From: Octopus sinensis
Lineage: Eukaryota
Assembly (NCBI RefSeq): GCF_006345805.1
Contig: NC_043013.1
Span: 46,872,001 to 46,936,000 of the forward strand
Direction: 5' to 3'
Length of the DNA: 64,000 nt
Under the pieces are notes generated by a model, which saw nothing but the letters and a program-made list of their open reading frames with translations, made no database searches and was not told the origin of the DNA. Positions within the stretch are counted from its first letter, which is position 1, and each line of letters opens with the position of its first letter. A program made the translations under genes and the position numbers. Of this stretch, positions 1 to 12,497 are shown one piece after another.

Positions 1-670
1 TGGTAAATCAGCCTGATTAAATTAAATCAAGCTATCTTCGATAGGCCACAGATTCATGCTACCCTATATTGATTAATATATATATATTATATATATATAT
101 ACACCCCACACACACACACATATATATATATGTATATATATATATAACCACACACCTATATATACATATATATACATAAATATATGTATACATAACTATA
201 TATATACATACATATATATATAACATAATAATATCATAAATAATAGAATATACATACATATTATATATATCTATATATATATAATTATAACGCACACATA
301 CGCACACACACACACCACACACACACATACACACACATATGAATACCTACTCATGCAATACTGGAAAGTGGTTCTCTTATTCTGCCTTAGAATAAGCGTT
401 TATAGCGGTGGAAATTGACTGCAACCGTCGATATAGGGACTTAAATCCAGATCAATTTAGGACGGAGGAGAACCTCAAAAACGCATTCCACGTGCATTCA
501 CGTCCTCCTGCATGCAGCATCATATATGTGTAGTGTGAGCACGTGTGTGTGTGTGAGTGTCTATTTGTATGTATTTTTATATAAATACATACATACACAC
601 ATACATGATACATACATATATGTATACATACATGTGTGTGAGATTGTGTATATATATATATATGTATATG

Positions 671-723
<53 letters not shown>

Positions 724-793
724 TACATATATAGATTATATATATATATACATATGTAACACGGATATATTCATATACACACATATATATATA

Positions 794-973
794 GGGAGAG
801 TTTACCACAAAAGGAAAAGAGGAAGACAGGTGGTGTACAAAACAAACAATTGTATTAGTATAACGCTCAGGAATAGAAAAAGTCTTTTACGTTTCGAGCC
901 TACGCTCTTCGACAGAAAGGAACACAGAAAAACAGGAGAGAAAAAAATGTGTTTGTGGCTAACGATTTATCAT
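794..973 (-). mobile_element. Short Penelope-like/HHR-bearing element (family A) in (TA)n
   Basis: Near-identical ~180-bp copies at 4466-4652, 47634-47836, 52294-52463 and a partial relative at 27363-27474. All end at ...CTCTCCC next to (TA)n and contain an HHR fold. Confidence 0.75.
884..919 (-). ncRNA. Minimal type-I hammerhead-like motif, variant core
   Basis: Minus strand reads CUUU-CUGUCGA-A-GAGC(GUAG)GCUC-GAAAC-GUA-AAAG: stem I CUUU/AAAG, stem II GAGC/GCUC, palindromic ACGU stem III. Confidence 0.6.
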
Positions 974-1030
974 ACATATAAAGGTATCCACACACACATG
1001 CACATACACACATATATACATACTTACATG

Positions 1031-1061
<31 letters not shown>

Positions 1062-1300
1062 ACACACACGCGCACACATATATAATACATACATGTATAT
1101 ATATATATATATTATATATATATATCTATATATATACATACATACATATATATATGCGTAGATACATTTATATGTATGTGTATATGTTTAATTATATATG
1201 TATATTATACATGTTTAAATGAATATATGTACATACCTGTATGTGTACGTGTATACATATATATATAGTTATGTCGTACTAATATATATACATATATATA

Positions 1301-1339
<39 letters not shown>

Positions 1340-2375
1340 TATATATATATATGCGTACATACATTTATATGTATGTGTATATATTTATATATGTGTGTGT
1401 GTATACATATATATATATGTATATATATTAGTACACATACATATACATATGCACATACACATACATGTATGTACATATATTCAATTAAACATATATATAT
1501 ACATAAATAATTAAATATATACACCTACATATACATATATATGTGTTTGTGTACGTATGTATATATGTATGAATGAGTGTTTGTGGTCGTGTAACTTTGG
1601 ATACCCACACGTATATATGTATGTATGTGTGTATGCACTTATAAAATACAAATCGATGGCGAGATGGTGATAGGTGTGTCAATTTATATGCGGATATATA
1701 TGTATACAGATACAGAGCGCGCACACACACGCACACCAACGCGCGCGCACACAGAAATATAATTTCGCATGTATATATATAAGATAGATGTCAGAAAGGA
1801 AGCAAAATTACATTTATATATATGAAGACACACGGACACGCACATATATACATACATACAAACAAACATATGCACATATATATACCCACATATATATAAT
1901 AATATACATGCACGCACGCATATATATATGTATATGCATGTATAAATATATAAATATACATGTATATATATAAACATATATACATATACATATATGTATG
2001 TATATATATTTATAACTATTAAAAGTATATATGTAAGACCCTGTAGACATATCATGCATACACATGGACATAATGCTAATACACACAAAAACATACATAC
2101 ATATATTATATATATGTAACGGTTTCTGACACAATTACATTAATTTGGTAACTTCATATATATATATTGTTCAATTTGAAAAATCACCAGAATGGACGAA
2201 AGCGCTATTATATTTATTATATGATATAAGTTATATGATGTATAAAAACATGTAATATACAAATAAATACCTGTAAATATAAAACCATCTGAATTTCTGA
2301 GTTCCTCAATTCTTCTAATATAAAATACCTGTACATCACTGTACCTTCTAATATATCCAAATTCTAATATATAGA

Positions 2376-2423
<48 letters not shown>

Positions 2424-2721
2424 TGTGAATATATATGCATATGTGTATGTATGTATAATATAGAATATAAAATATATATATATATATATATATATGTAAT
2501 ACATATATATCTACACACACACATATATATATCTAAAATCATATTACATCTGAGGAAGAGTCATTCTCTTTTAAGCACCTTATTACTTTATTTATTCAAT
2601 TTTTCTAAAACTTTTAAAAGTCGTTGACTCTGCCCGTTATCAGACCTGCGTTGTGTGTGTTTGTGCGTATATGTATATATGTATGTATGTATTTATGCAT
2701 ATATGTATGAATGTATGTATT

Positions 2722-2767
<46 letters not shown>

Positions 2768-2824
2768 TATATGATATATATACATATAATATATTATACA
2801 TATATATATATATATAATATATAT

Positions 2825-2866
<42 letters not shown>

Positions 2867-2955
2867 TATATATAAGATTAATGCATTTAAAATTATCCTA
2901 TAATGCCTCCTCGCCAATCAAAGTGAATGTATTTATGTGTCTGTCTCTCTGTCTG

Positions 2956-2956
<1 letters not shown>

Positions 2957-3031
<75 letters not shown>

Positions 3032-3050
3032 CCTATCTATCTATCTATCT
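2957..3050. repeat. (TATC)n microsatellite
   Basis: Near-perfect tetranucleotide run. Confidence 0.95.
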
Positions 3051-3205
3051 GTTTATCTCTTAATTACTCTATCTGTCCATCTATACACACACGTATATAT
3101 ATATATATATATATGAGTGTGTGTGTGTGTATTTGTGTGTGTATGCTTTTGTGAATATGTATGTGCGGTGTGTGCGTTTATATGTATGCATATATATATA
3201 AATAT

Positions 3206-3264
<59 letters not shown>

Positions 3265-3302
3265 GTATGTGTATATATATATAAGTACACATACATGCAT
3301 AC

Positions 3303-3452
3303 AACGTGCTTCTTTCAGTTTTTGTCTACCAAATCCACTCACAAGGCTTTGGTCGGCACAAAGCTATGGTAGAATTCACAAACTCAATGTGCCATAAAGT
3401 GGAAGTGAACCAGGAACGATGTGGTTGTGAAGTAAGCTTCTTACCACACCAC
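3303..3452 (-). mobile_element. tRNA-derived CORE-type SINE, diverged 5' half
   Basis: Reverse complement matches the head of the 33232 copy (GCCTTGTGAGTGGATTTGGTAGAC...AAACTGAAAGAAGC). Confidence 0.75.
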
Positions 3453-4160
3453 CTCGTTTGCCACCTATATATATATATATATATACAAACACACACACAC
3501 GCATAAAATATATACACCTTTAGATATGTATTTGCGGATCTATCTTTGTATTTATTTGTCAGACTGCTTCTATATATATATATTAGTCTACCTTTAGCTC
3601 GTATAAGCGTCCGTTTGGTCGCGTATATGTGGACGTCTGTGTTACTGTGTATGGATATTCTCATAAATGTACAAACACACACACACTCATATATATATAT
3701 ATGTTTATATGTATGTTCGTATATTCTTATATACGCTTATTATACTCATCTGTAATTATAGGAAGAAAAACATTGAATTCTTCTGAGCGATGTCCCCAAG
3801 AGTATCTAAAATATGTAATCACTGAGAGTGTACAATGTCTTAGGGGACAGTCGGTGTATTTCCGGAGTTAAAGGAACGGGGAGAATGGACCTGGAATGGA
3901 CATAAGAGAGGAAACTGGAATTATTTACCATACTGCAATATGTCGGTCATTTAGTCGTTTCGATGAGTATTGAACTCCTGTGCTGATGTTGAACTAAAGA
4001 AAGTCCTATTGTGACACAACACGTAAATGATTTCAACAGTTTGATTCTTTGGTGTATATATATATATTGAGCAGTATCTAACAAAATAACTGAGCAACAA
4101 TAACTGGTTTAAAAGTATACTGAGGAATTCCACATTATACAAACACAAACATCATATATA

Positions 4161-4368
4161 ACGAGGGGTTGGTGAAAAGTTCTTAGATTTGGGTAAAAGA
4201 AAATGGAGGAGGAAAATGCAGTTAATTATGATTTTAATCAACATATTCCTGTCAGATTCACACTCTTATTGCAGCGGTCACTCAGATTTTCTATGCTTTG
4301 TAAAAGAACTCAGTATGTTCGGCCTCCAACCAGGCTTTTGCGACACCCTTCAAACCAAGAACTTTTCA

Positions 4369-4371
<3 letters not shown>
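4161..4371. mobile_element. mariner-derived MITE
   Basis: Starts ACGAGGGG..TGAAAAGTTCTT; inverted AAGAACTTTTCA at 4357-4368. The interior minus strand resembles a mariner transposase C-terminus (AWLEAEHTEFFYK...DRCNKSVNL). Outer right TIR replaced by (TA)n. Confidence 0.7.
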
Positions 4372-4404
<33 letters not shown>

Positions 4405-4465
4405 ATATATATTATATATATATAGAAATAGATAGATAGATGATAGATAATAGATAGATAGATAG

Positions 4466-4652
4466 ATAGATCGTTAGCCACTACACACATTTTTTCTCTC
4501 CTATTTCTCTCCTTGTTTTTCTGTGTCCCTTTCTGTAGAAGAGCGTTGGCTCGAAACGTAAAAAAAATTTCTATTCCTGAGCGTTATACTAATACATCTG
4601 TTTGTTTTGTACACCACCTGTCTTTGCCTTTTGTTTTTTCGTAAGCTCTCCC
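4466..4652 (+). mobile_element. Family A HHR-bearing element
   Basis: Reverse complement of 794-973; HHR-like motif at 4529-4564 (CUUU-CUGUAGA-A-GAGC-GUUG-GCUC-GAAAC-GUA-AAAA). Confidence 0.75.
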
Positions 4653-4691
<39 letters not shown>

Positions 4692-5189
4692 CTTGTTAAT
4701 TCGGTGTGTGCTGCGTTCCATTACTTAATAAATGATTTAAAAATTGTTTGGTAAATAAACAAACGCCATAGCGTATACTGAATGTAAAAACGAACGGCAG
4801 AAAAACAGAAGCCCGTAATTCTTCCTCAGTTATCGACCAATTAGTAATATTCAGCTTCGCACCTTTAACGATAAGACTGAGTGTTTCCCAGTTGGTGGTG
4901 CACGCAAAAAAGGTTTGTTTTTTTTTTTTTGTGGAGAATTAAGGACGAGATCAAACAAAACAAAACAAACAAGGCGATACGGAGTGTGATTTAGGACAGT
5001 GAACAAGGACGAACGGTCGAACAAAATCCGGCCTTGGGGGCCAAGGAGACGCGAATAGTGGGTAACGCTTAGAAAATGTCTTGAACAATGGAGAACGGAG
5101 AGACGGAGAATTTGCAAGTGGTCAGCTACAGGACCAGTGTAAGAAAGGAAGGAAAAGGGGACGTAGTCAATCACTGACCAGACTACGAA

Positions 5190-5905
5190 ATGTTGTAGTT
5201 CACTGATTGCGTTATTTTTTCAATCTTGTCTTAAATCGCTTAACTCAATCGCCTTATTGAAGTGGAGGCTTTCTGACTGGTCTTTATCGATCTTTTGGAT
5301 AAAACTCGGCAACTGCATGCGTTCCCTCTGCTGTATATGAACCTTGTGACGCGTTCGGCCAAGCGAAACTTTTGCTTTCGGTAGTCTGCAATTACATCGA
5401 TCGCTCCTCTCCGCTCTTGAATAATCTCATTTTGAACATGTTCTCATAATGATAGTCCTAGCATGGATCTTTCCATGGCTCTATGCGTCGTAACCAATTG
5501 ATGTTGTTCCCCCTTCGTAGTAGACCAAGTCTGACTTGTATATAAGAGCTCAAGTAGGACAATGCTATTAGTGATTCTGGTACGTATTGTCTTGTCCTTT
5601 ATTGAGGAAAACGCATGTCATTCTGCCCTTATTTTCTTCGAGATTTCAGCATCCATATCTCTGCGCATATTCCCTTTCTGCTCCAAGTATGCATATTCTT
5701 TACCTCCACAATTTCATTCTTTCCCACCTCTTTTCATTTTTGCGCTACGTCATCGGATGTGTTTTAATCTTTATGGAGTTCATTTTAAGGCTTGCTACTG
5801 AGCTATGGGTGTCCGTCTCTGTCAGCATGGTCTACAGTTTACTTGTGTTTCCGGGAATGAATACAATGTCAACTGCAATTCAGAGGTGTGGTCGTAGCAC
5901 ACCAC
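5190..5905 (-). pseudogene. Decayed RTE-clade LINE fragment (RT C-terminal region)
   Basis: Manual translation gives HL*IAVDIVFI (FADD motif decayed), MRRDMDAEIS, LLYTSQTWSTTK, HRAMERSMLGLSL*EHVQNEII, YRKQKFRLA, typical of RTE ORF2, with stops and frameshifts. Confidence 0.85.
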
Positions 5906-5980
5906 CTGTCCAGTCAATATCCTTAACATACATAAATGCATACATATATATATTTGCTGTATTCTCCGTGCGTGTTTACA

Positions 5981-6566
5981 TATAGTGAGAGATGCGTGAT
6001 TTTTGAGGGTTTTAACTCCTCTTTCAAGCATATTGCACCCTGACTTATTATATATTTTGCATATTTGTATTATGCTTAATTGCCACGTTATCATCATTTT
6101 TATAGAAAATGATAACTTACTTGAATTTTGAATTTATACTTGTTCACTAATGTTTGTTTGGCAGTCGCGGGGCCTTCAGCCGAACAACGCGCACGGAAGT
6201 TAATTATGTTTTTTGAAGTAGTTTACGTAGTAAGCCTAGTTGCTGAGCTTTAAATGTTGGTTCGACACAGAAATCGAAATCAACCGATACTAGGATGTCT
6301 ATTCCCCTGTTTGTCTTTTACTATTTGTATTTTGCAGGAGGAAGGCCTGTTTCGTAGAAATATATTTCCTATCTTCTCCGTTCGCGTATAAGGAGAGAGG
6401 TATACATATATATATATATAGTGAGAGATGTGTGGATTTGGAAGGTTTTAACTCCTATTTCAAGCACATTGTACCCTGACTTTTTATTATATATTTTGTA
6501 TATTTCGATTATGTTTCCTGGCCACTTTATCATTATTTTAATAGATAATGATAACTTATTTGAATT
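5981..6566. repeat. Diverged direct repeat (~145 bp, period ~436 bp)
   Basis: TATAGTGAGAGATG...GATAACTTA(C/T)TTGAATT at 5981-6127 and 6417-6566. Confidence 0.8.
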
Positions 6567-7076
6567 GTATATGTATATATACAATTTATAAGTAAGCCTT
6601 TAAAGGTATTTTTTAATATGCTGGTCATTGATGGAATTTTTTTCGAAAAATTCTATCCTATATTAGAGGTATATATATATATATAATAATAATAAATATT
6701 AGGGAATAAATCCAAACTTACAGGGAAAAATCAGATTTAGGATTGAATCCAATTTTATAGTAAAATATTATATTATACGCTAATATCTCACTATGTTTGA
6801 ACAATGAACTAACTTTGACAGCCACTTTATACACCTTCCATAATTGTGTCTGTTTTCCCCTATCACCGCCTGACATCCGGTATTTGTGTGTTTACGTCCC
6901 TCTAGTATAACAGTTCGGCAAAACAGACCGATAGAATAAGTACGAAGCTTTAAATGAAAATAATACTGAGATCGATTCATTCGACTAACGTTCTTCGAGG
7001 CAGTGCCTCAGCTTGGCCAAAAGAAAAGATACTATTTTCACAAAGGGATACGCAGTTGCCCCAAAAATATTTAAAC

Positions 7077-7140
7077 CACCTGATGAATGACTGTGACTTG
7101 AAAATTTAAAGAAATTAACAGCCATGAAACGATTGTAGTG
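7077..7140 (+). ncRNA. Type-I hammerhead ribozyme motif (canonical core)
   Basis: CAC-CUGAUGA-AUGACUGU..ACAGCCAU-GAAAC-GAUU-GUA-GUG; stem I 3 bp, stem II 7/8 bp, near-palindromic stem III. Confidence 0.7.
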
Positions 7141-7262
7141 ATATATTAATTATATTTTTTTAATAATTTTGTTATATATTTAAATAATATAAATTAAATA
7201 ATCTTATGTATTGGCTTAAGTTTTTCATTGTATGATTTGCCTAATAGTGGTTTTGTCTCTAA

Positions 7263-7270
<8 letters not shown>
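7077..7270 (+). mobile_element. Penelope-like terminal fragment (family B) ending in (TA)n
   Basis: 7155-7270 has a reverse-complement copy at 11880-11990, also embedded in (TA)n; carries the 7077 HHR. Confidence 0.65.
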
Positions 7271-7317
<47 letters not shown>

Positions 7318-8134
7318 ATATGTATATAGTGAGATATTAGCGTATTAATTCACTATGCATATGCGCATAAATTTGCACATCTCCTACATATTAAGGAGAT
7401 GAAGATATCGAACATACATGTATTTATGAAATGTTTGCGCCAAAATTTATCGTCTGTGATCGAAATAACGGCGTGTAATAATGCAGATTATGATATAAAA
7501 TGTTCTATTAATATATCTTTCTAAATTATGGAAGGTGTATAAAGTGGCTGTCAAATGTTTTGTTACCTTGACTCGTGTTGGCTTTGTTTACGGATATTTT
7601 GGGGCAACTGCGTATCCCTTTGTGAATATAGTACCGTTTTTTGTGGCCAAGCTGGTACACTGCCTGGAAGAACGTTAGTCGAATGAATCGACCTCACTAT
7701 TTATTTTCATTTAAAGCTTCGTACTTATTCTATCGGTCTGTTTTGCCGAACTGCTATACTAGGGGACGTAAACACACAAATACCGGGTGTCAGGTGGTGA
7801 TGGGGTCAAACACAGACACAAAAGCAAACACACACACACGTATATATATATATATAGTAGAAATATGTTACAAATCTTTTTTCTCAGGAACTATTAGACC
7901 TGACACCGTGTATTAGCCGGTGTTTTCAAAGCGATGAATAGTTTTGCGGAAACCATGGTACGCTTTGTTTTCTGACTTTATAATCATTTCATAATAATTA
8001 CTTTTATTACTACCTCAGTCAATCTAAATGTATATATTTGTCGTTACCTGTCATAAAAAGCCTTTTTTTATTTACAATGTGCATTTTCGTTGATTTTTCA
8101 TATTTTACCCCTATAATATATATATGTATATATA

Positions 8135-8281
8135 GGACTGGCTTCTTTCAAATTCGGTCATTTAAATCTACCATTAAGTCTTTGGTCTGCCCAAAGAGTC
8201 AGACACGGTGTCAGACAGTAAGAGTGAACCCAGAACCATGAGGTTGGGTAGCAAACTTCTTACCACACAGCCACACCTGCA
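8135..8281 (-). mobile_element. CORE-type SINE 5' fragment
   Basis: Reverse complement of GGTGTGGCTGTGTGGTAAGAAGTTTGCT...GGTTC head; diverged. Confidence 0.65.
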
Positions 8282-9009
8282 CCGAAGTTTGTTTAAGATA
8301 TGTTATGCTTCTGAATATAGTATTTTGGTCCGGAAATTAATTAGGAGTGTTAGTTGAGTAATTTTGATATGAAGGAAATCGGCAAATATGAAACTGATAC
8401 GGTGAGTTGGCAACGGTGATTGCTATAGTTGTAGGGCTTGGCAGTTAACTGTGCTCCTTGCAATACTGAAGGGCGTGTTGGAATTCTTTAAGGACCAGTT
8501 ATCTGATGACTGCGAACTTCCTGTTTTTCTTAGTCTGGCTGATGTATGACTATGTATTTTCTATATCATTTAGCAAAGGATTTAGGTGCTTTTGTATATG
8601 TAATTCTTTTGTTGTATGTATGTACTATATAAACCGAAGACGCTTATCACTGCCATTTTACCTGATCCGATTTGTAATAACAATTAGGAATATCCTTACT
8701 TATTTCACAGATTAATTACAATTGACGAATTCTCTGCTCACAATAATGATTACAAAAGTTTTGGGTCGAATGATATAGAGAAGGTATTTCATATGTTTCA
8801 TGTAAAACATTACTATATATAACAGAGAAAAAATGACTAAGTGAGGCTGAGTGAAAATGGGTAAGGCAGATATTTATAGGTTTTTATCTCTGGGTAGCTG
8901 GAAATATTCAATGAAGAACTTGTTGTGGCCTCCATCGAACGTTCTTTCTTATGACTACTTAAGAGTTGCATAAGACCGTTTCATTATCTAGAACTGTTCA
9001 CACATACAC

Positions 9010-9110
9010 ACCCTGCGACGGACCGGCGTCCCGTCCAGGCGGGGAACCTATACGCCAAGAAACCGGGAAACCGGCCCTTATGAGCCAGGCATGGCTCGAG
9101 AAGGAACAAA
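9010..9110 (+). mobile_element. SINE 3' fragment with V-domain-like motif
   Basis: CCCTGCGACGGACCGGCGTCCCGTCCAGG resembles the conserved V-SINE central motif (recalled, not searched). Confidence 0.55.
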
Positions 9111-10286
9111 CACACGTACACACACATATACACATCACAACTCACATACATGCAAACAGACACAAACACACACAGACATCAATATATGTGTGCAAAGGGC
9201 TTCCGCACAGTCTCGACTTAAATATTCCATTCATATATCGTCGGACGACACATGTCTGCAACAATCAAAAATGCTGCGCTGTGTCATCGGATGCGTAATC
9301 AAAAGGTTATGATGCAAACATTTTAATTACACAGCTTGTCACATGCCTATATAAAATTATTTGAGATTTCTATTTTTCTTTAAGAATTGAAGGAAAAAAT
9401 TATCTTGCTCTGCTACACCGTGAAATATAACTTGAACCGCGACAAGCTAATAATCGGTGCCTTTACAAAATCGTTCAATCGTTGAAGGGTAACAGCCAAA
9501 TATTCCTGGCAAATATTTCGTTGTAGAGAGTAAGGATCAATTGAATCTTGTAGTCCTAGGTACATTGCTGCGACAGAATATCGGTCACAACTGTTATACC
9601 TTCAGTCATAAATCTATTGGATCATAAATGAACTTGTTCTAAGAAGCAACGACAATAGCAACACCATCACCACCATCACTAGCAACGACAACAACAACAA
9701 ACAAGAACAACTAACTAAACTTTGATAAAGTAGGCATTATTCGATTGATCTATTGAGAAGTATGAGTGATTGTAAGAATAAAAGATATCAGTTACTCTGA
9801 AATATAAATGTCAACAAATTATTCATATAAGCTACACATATGTGATGCGAATCATATGGAGAGTTGCCTGTTGTTTTCAGCATGCAGTGCGACTGTGAAC
9901 GGGCTCGTTTCTCACAGATTGAATAACTACATGATGGTTCCTCGTTCATTATACATTTGCACAAAGTGTCGCAAAATGTGATGGAACTTGAAATAGAAGA
10001 TTGCTAAGAAAACTTCTTAGCCATTCATACTGCTTTATCTATGCCTCTATACACTTACATGCTGTACGAAAAATTGAAGAAAACAAAAAAACGACATATA
10101 AGCTTTTCCGTTCTTAATTAGAGACTAAAAATCTCTACTTCCCCACGACGTATGGACAGGATTTCTTATTTTTAACAACTTATCTACCTTAATTTATTTT
10201 AATTGCTTTTAATGTTGTACCGGGTAGAATAATTTGAAAACATATTTCTCAACCAGTGAAGGCCTATATATTAAACGATAATAATG

Positions 10287-10502
10287 ACTTCGAATTTCAA
10301 TACAAGTCCAGCAATTTGGAGGGTGGGGAGGGGTAAGTTGATTACATCGATCCCGGTGTTCAAATGGTACTTATTTGATCGACCCCGAAAGGATAAAAGG
10401 AGAAGTCGACCTCGGTGGAATTTGAACTTAAAACGTAGAGACGGACAACATGCCGCTAAGCTTTTCGCTCGCCCGCCAACGATCCTGCCAGCTCACCGCC
10501 TT
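10287..10502 (-). mobile_element. tRNA-derived SINE, Meta/MESC-like family (tail 1)
   Basis: Reverse complement has GGCGGTGAGCTGGCAG head, B-box GTTCAAATTCC and GTCGACTT..TTTATCCTTTCGGGGTCGAT..AAATAAGTACC core shared with at least 16 copies in the window. Confidence 0.85.
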
Positions 10503-11252
10503 ATACTAAGCTGTAATATTTTAAATAGTTATTATATTAGTTAAACAATGTATATTGGCAAAATTATACGATATGAAAACCACCCATCTAACATTTTTAG
10601 TTTTTATGATATGGCTGGGGGTGGAATTTCTTTATTGTCATAAATGGTATAAATCACATTTCTAAAGAATATAGCAGTTCTTAAACTATTCATTTCAGAG
10701 TACATAACAACTAGTGACATTTTCGACTCATGTAGAAATTCTTATATTTTAAAAAAATAATTAGTTGTATCAAACCCAGATTTCAATCTTCAATGAAATA
10801 TTTCAATTTGTAATTAGGGTTAGAGTTTTAGGATTAGGGCAAGTTTTTAAGATTTGGGTTAAGATTTGCGATTATAGTATATTAATTGCATTTCAGTTAT
10901 TATCTTACTTTTAAATTATAATTTTCAGCATATCTCTCTTCTTAGGAAATCGTATATAGTTTATAAAAGGACTTCAAAGAGCACACAAGGTCCTAAAACA
11001 GAGGCAATTGCAAATTAATACATTTAAGCATGATGAATCGTTGGTGGTTGTTCATGAGCCTATTTTGCTTTTCCATTAAATGAAAGACGTCAGTTGTTTC
11101 ACGAACCCGTTCTCAATACCAATGATGAAACAAGCTGTCTATTGTTCTTTGATCGGATAATATACGTTAATGTCTCATGCGCCGTTAATGAGCTTTGGTC
11201 AAGACATGTTTCTCTTGGCTTATATGCAAGATTATAAACATTCATATATATA

Positions 11253-11288
<36 letters not shown>

Positions 11289-11308
11289 TATATTATATAT
11301 ATATATAT

Positions 11309-11340
<32 letters not shown>

Positions 11341-11800
11341 ATACACATATATATATATGTATATATAAATCAGTAAATGGTAAGGTTGTGTTAACCGCAC
11401 GTGGAGAATTGGTAGGACAGGAAAAATTTTAAGGCAGAATGCTAAATTGAAAGTAAATTTTAATAAAAATGGCTGTATGGACAATTAAAAAAGAAAAAAA
11501 TAATAGATCAAAACGGTTTCCATTGTAAAGCAAATTTTCAAGATTTGGAAGGGGAAAAGAAATTTTTTTAAAATTGAGAAAGGGGAAAAAAGAAATTTAC
11601 AATGTTTTTTTTTTAAATAATAATACATATATACAAAAATTAATAAATAAATATACGAATACATTGTAGAGTGTTTATGCTTTTAGAGTTCAATAATAGT
11701 CCTTGGAAAAACTTCTTTGGAGGATTAGGACGCATGTGTTTAAATATAGTGATTAGTTTAAGAGCTTTGGGTGAAAGTGTGTCAAAACAGGAAGTGGGTG

Positions 11801-11878
<78 letters not shown>

Positions 11879-11879
11879 T

Positions 11880-11987
11880 ATATGAAATTAGAGATAAAAC
11901 CACTATTAGGCAAATCATACAATGAAAAACTTAAGCCAATACATAAGATTAATTAATTATATTATTTTAAATATATATCAAAATTAT

Positions 11988-11990
<3 letters not shown>
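11880..11990 (-). mobile_element. Family B terminal fragment
   Basis: Reverse complement of 7155-7270, flanked by (TA)n on both sides. Confidence 0.7.
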
Positions 11991-12022
<32 letters not shown>

Positions 12023-12025
<3 letters not shown>

Positions 12026-12276
12026 TGGTTCTCAATCAATTTTAACCTATAGACTCTTTGGATTCCTATTTTACTCTGGTGGACCCCCATAGCCATTCTA
12101 TGCTTAAAAGATCCTATTTTTATAATCAAATATTATTAGGAATTGTTTTAAAAACAAATTGTTAAAGCATTTTGTGCATTATAGAAGTGTAACCCACTTA
12201 TTGCAGTTAAATTTTAACAACTAAGTCTTATATGGGCCCCGCAAGGGCCATGTGAACCCCGATTGAGAAACACTTG
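12023..12276. mobile_element. hAT (Charlie-like) MITE
   Basis: TIRs CAGTGGTTCTCAAT / ATTGAGAAACACTTG; inserted in (TA)n. Confidence 0.75.
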
Positions 12277-12299
12277 ATATATATATATATATATATATA

Positions 12300-12438
12300 G
12301 GTAAAAACGGTAAGATAACAAAAGAAAGAAAGGGACCCCAATATTATGTAAATAGAGGAAATTTATCTGTAAAATAATATGTGACAATTATTCAGTAGCC
12401 AAGTTAAAACTCTGAGTTTCGGATGCCGAGGTGGAAAT
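12300..12438 (-). mobile_element. Family C Penelope-like fragment, truncated inside its HHR
   Basis: Aligns to 52477-52615; keeps GAAACUCAGAGUU stem III and the 3' half of stem II only. Confidence 0.7.
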
Positions 12439-12466
12439 ATATATAAATAAATATGTATATATATAC

Positions 12467-12497
<31 letters not shown>

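Larger units (their letters stand above)
6814..7820. repeat. Local inverted, permuted duplication including a CORE-SINE 3' tail and its flank
   Basis: 6845-7068 is the reverse complement of 7594-7820; 6814-6845 is an exact 32-bp reverse complement of 7524-7555. Confidence 0.9.

Noticed and set aside
2545-2635. CUGAGGA followed by GAGUCA..UGACUC stem
   Set aside because: No GAAA or cleavage triplet after the stem.
59-3304. Many overlapping 60-220 aa ORFs ([12 protein letters not shown])
   Set aside because: Translations of (TA)n/(CA)n/(TATG)n tracts; the same applies at 37489-39278, 43414-43776, 47204-47668 and 48721-49498.
10812-10866. Degenerate TTAGGG-like run
   Set aside because: Only two perfect units; insufficient for an interstitial telomere call.
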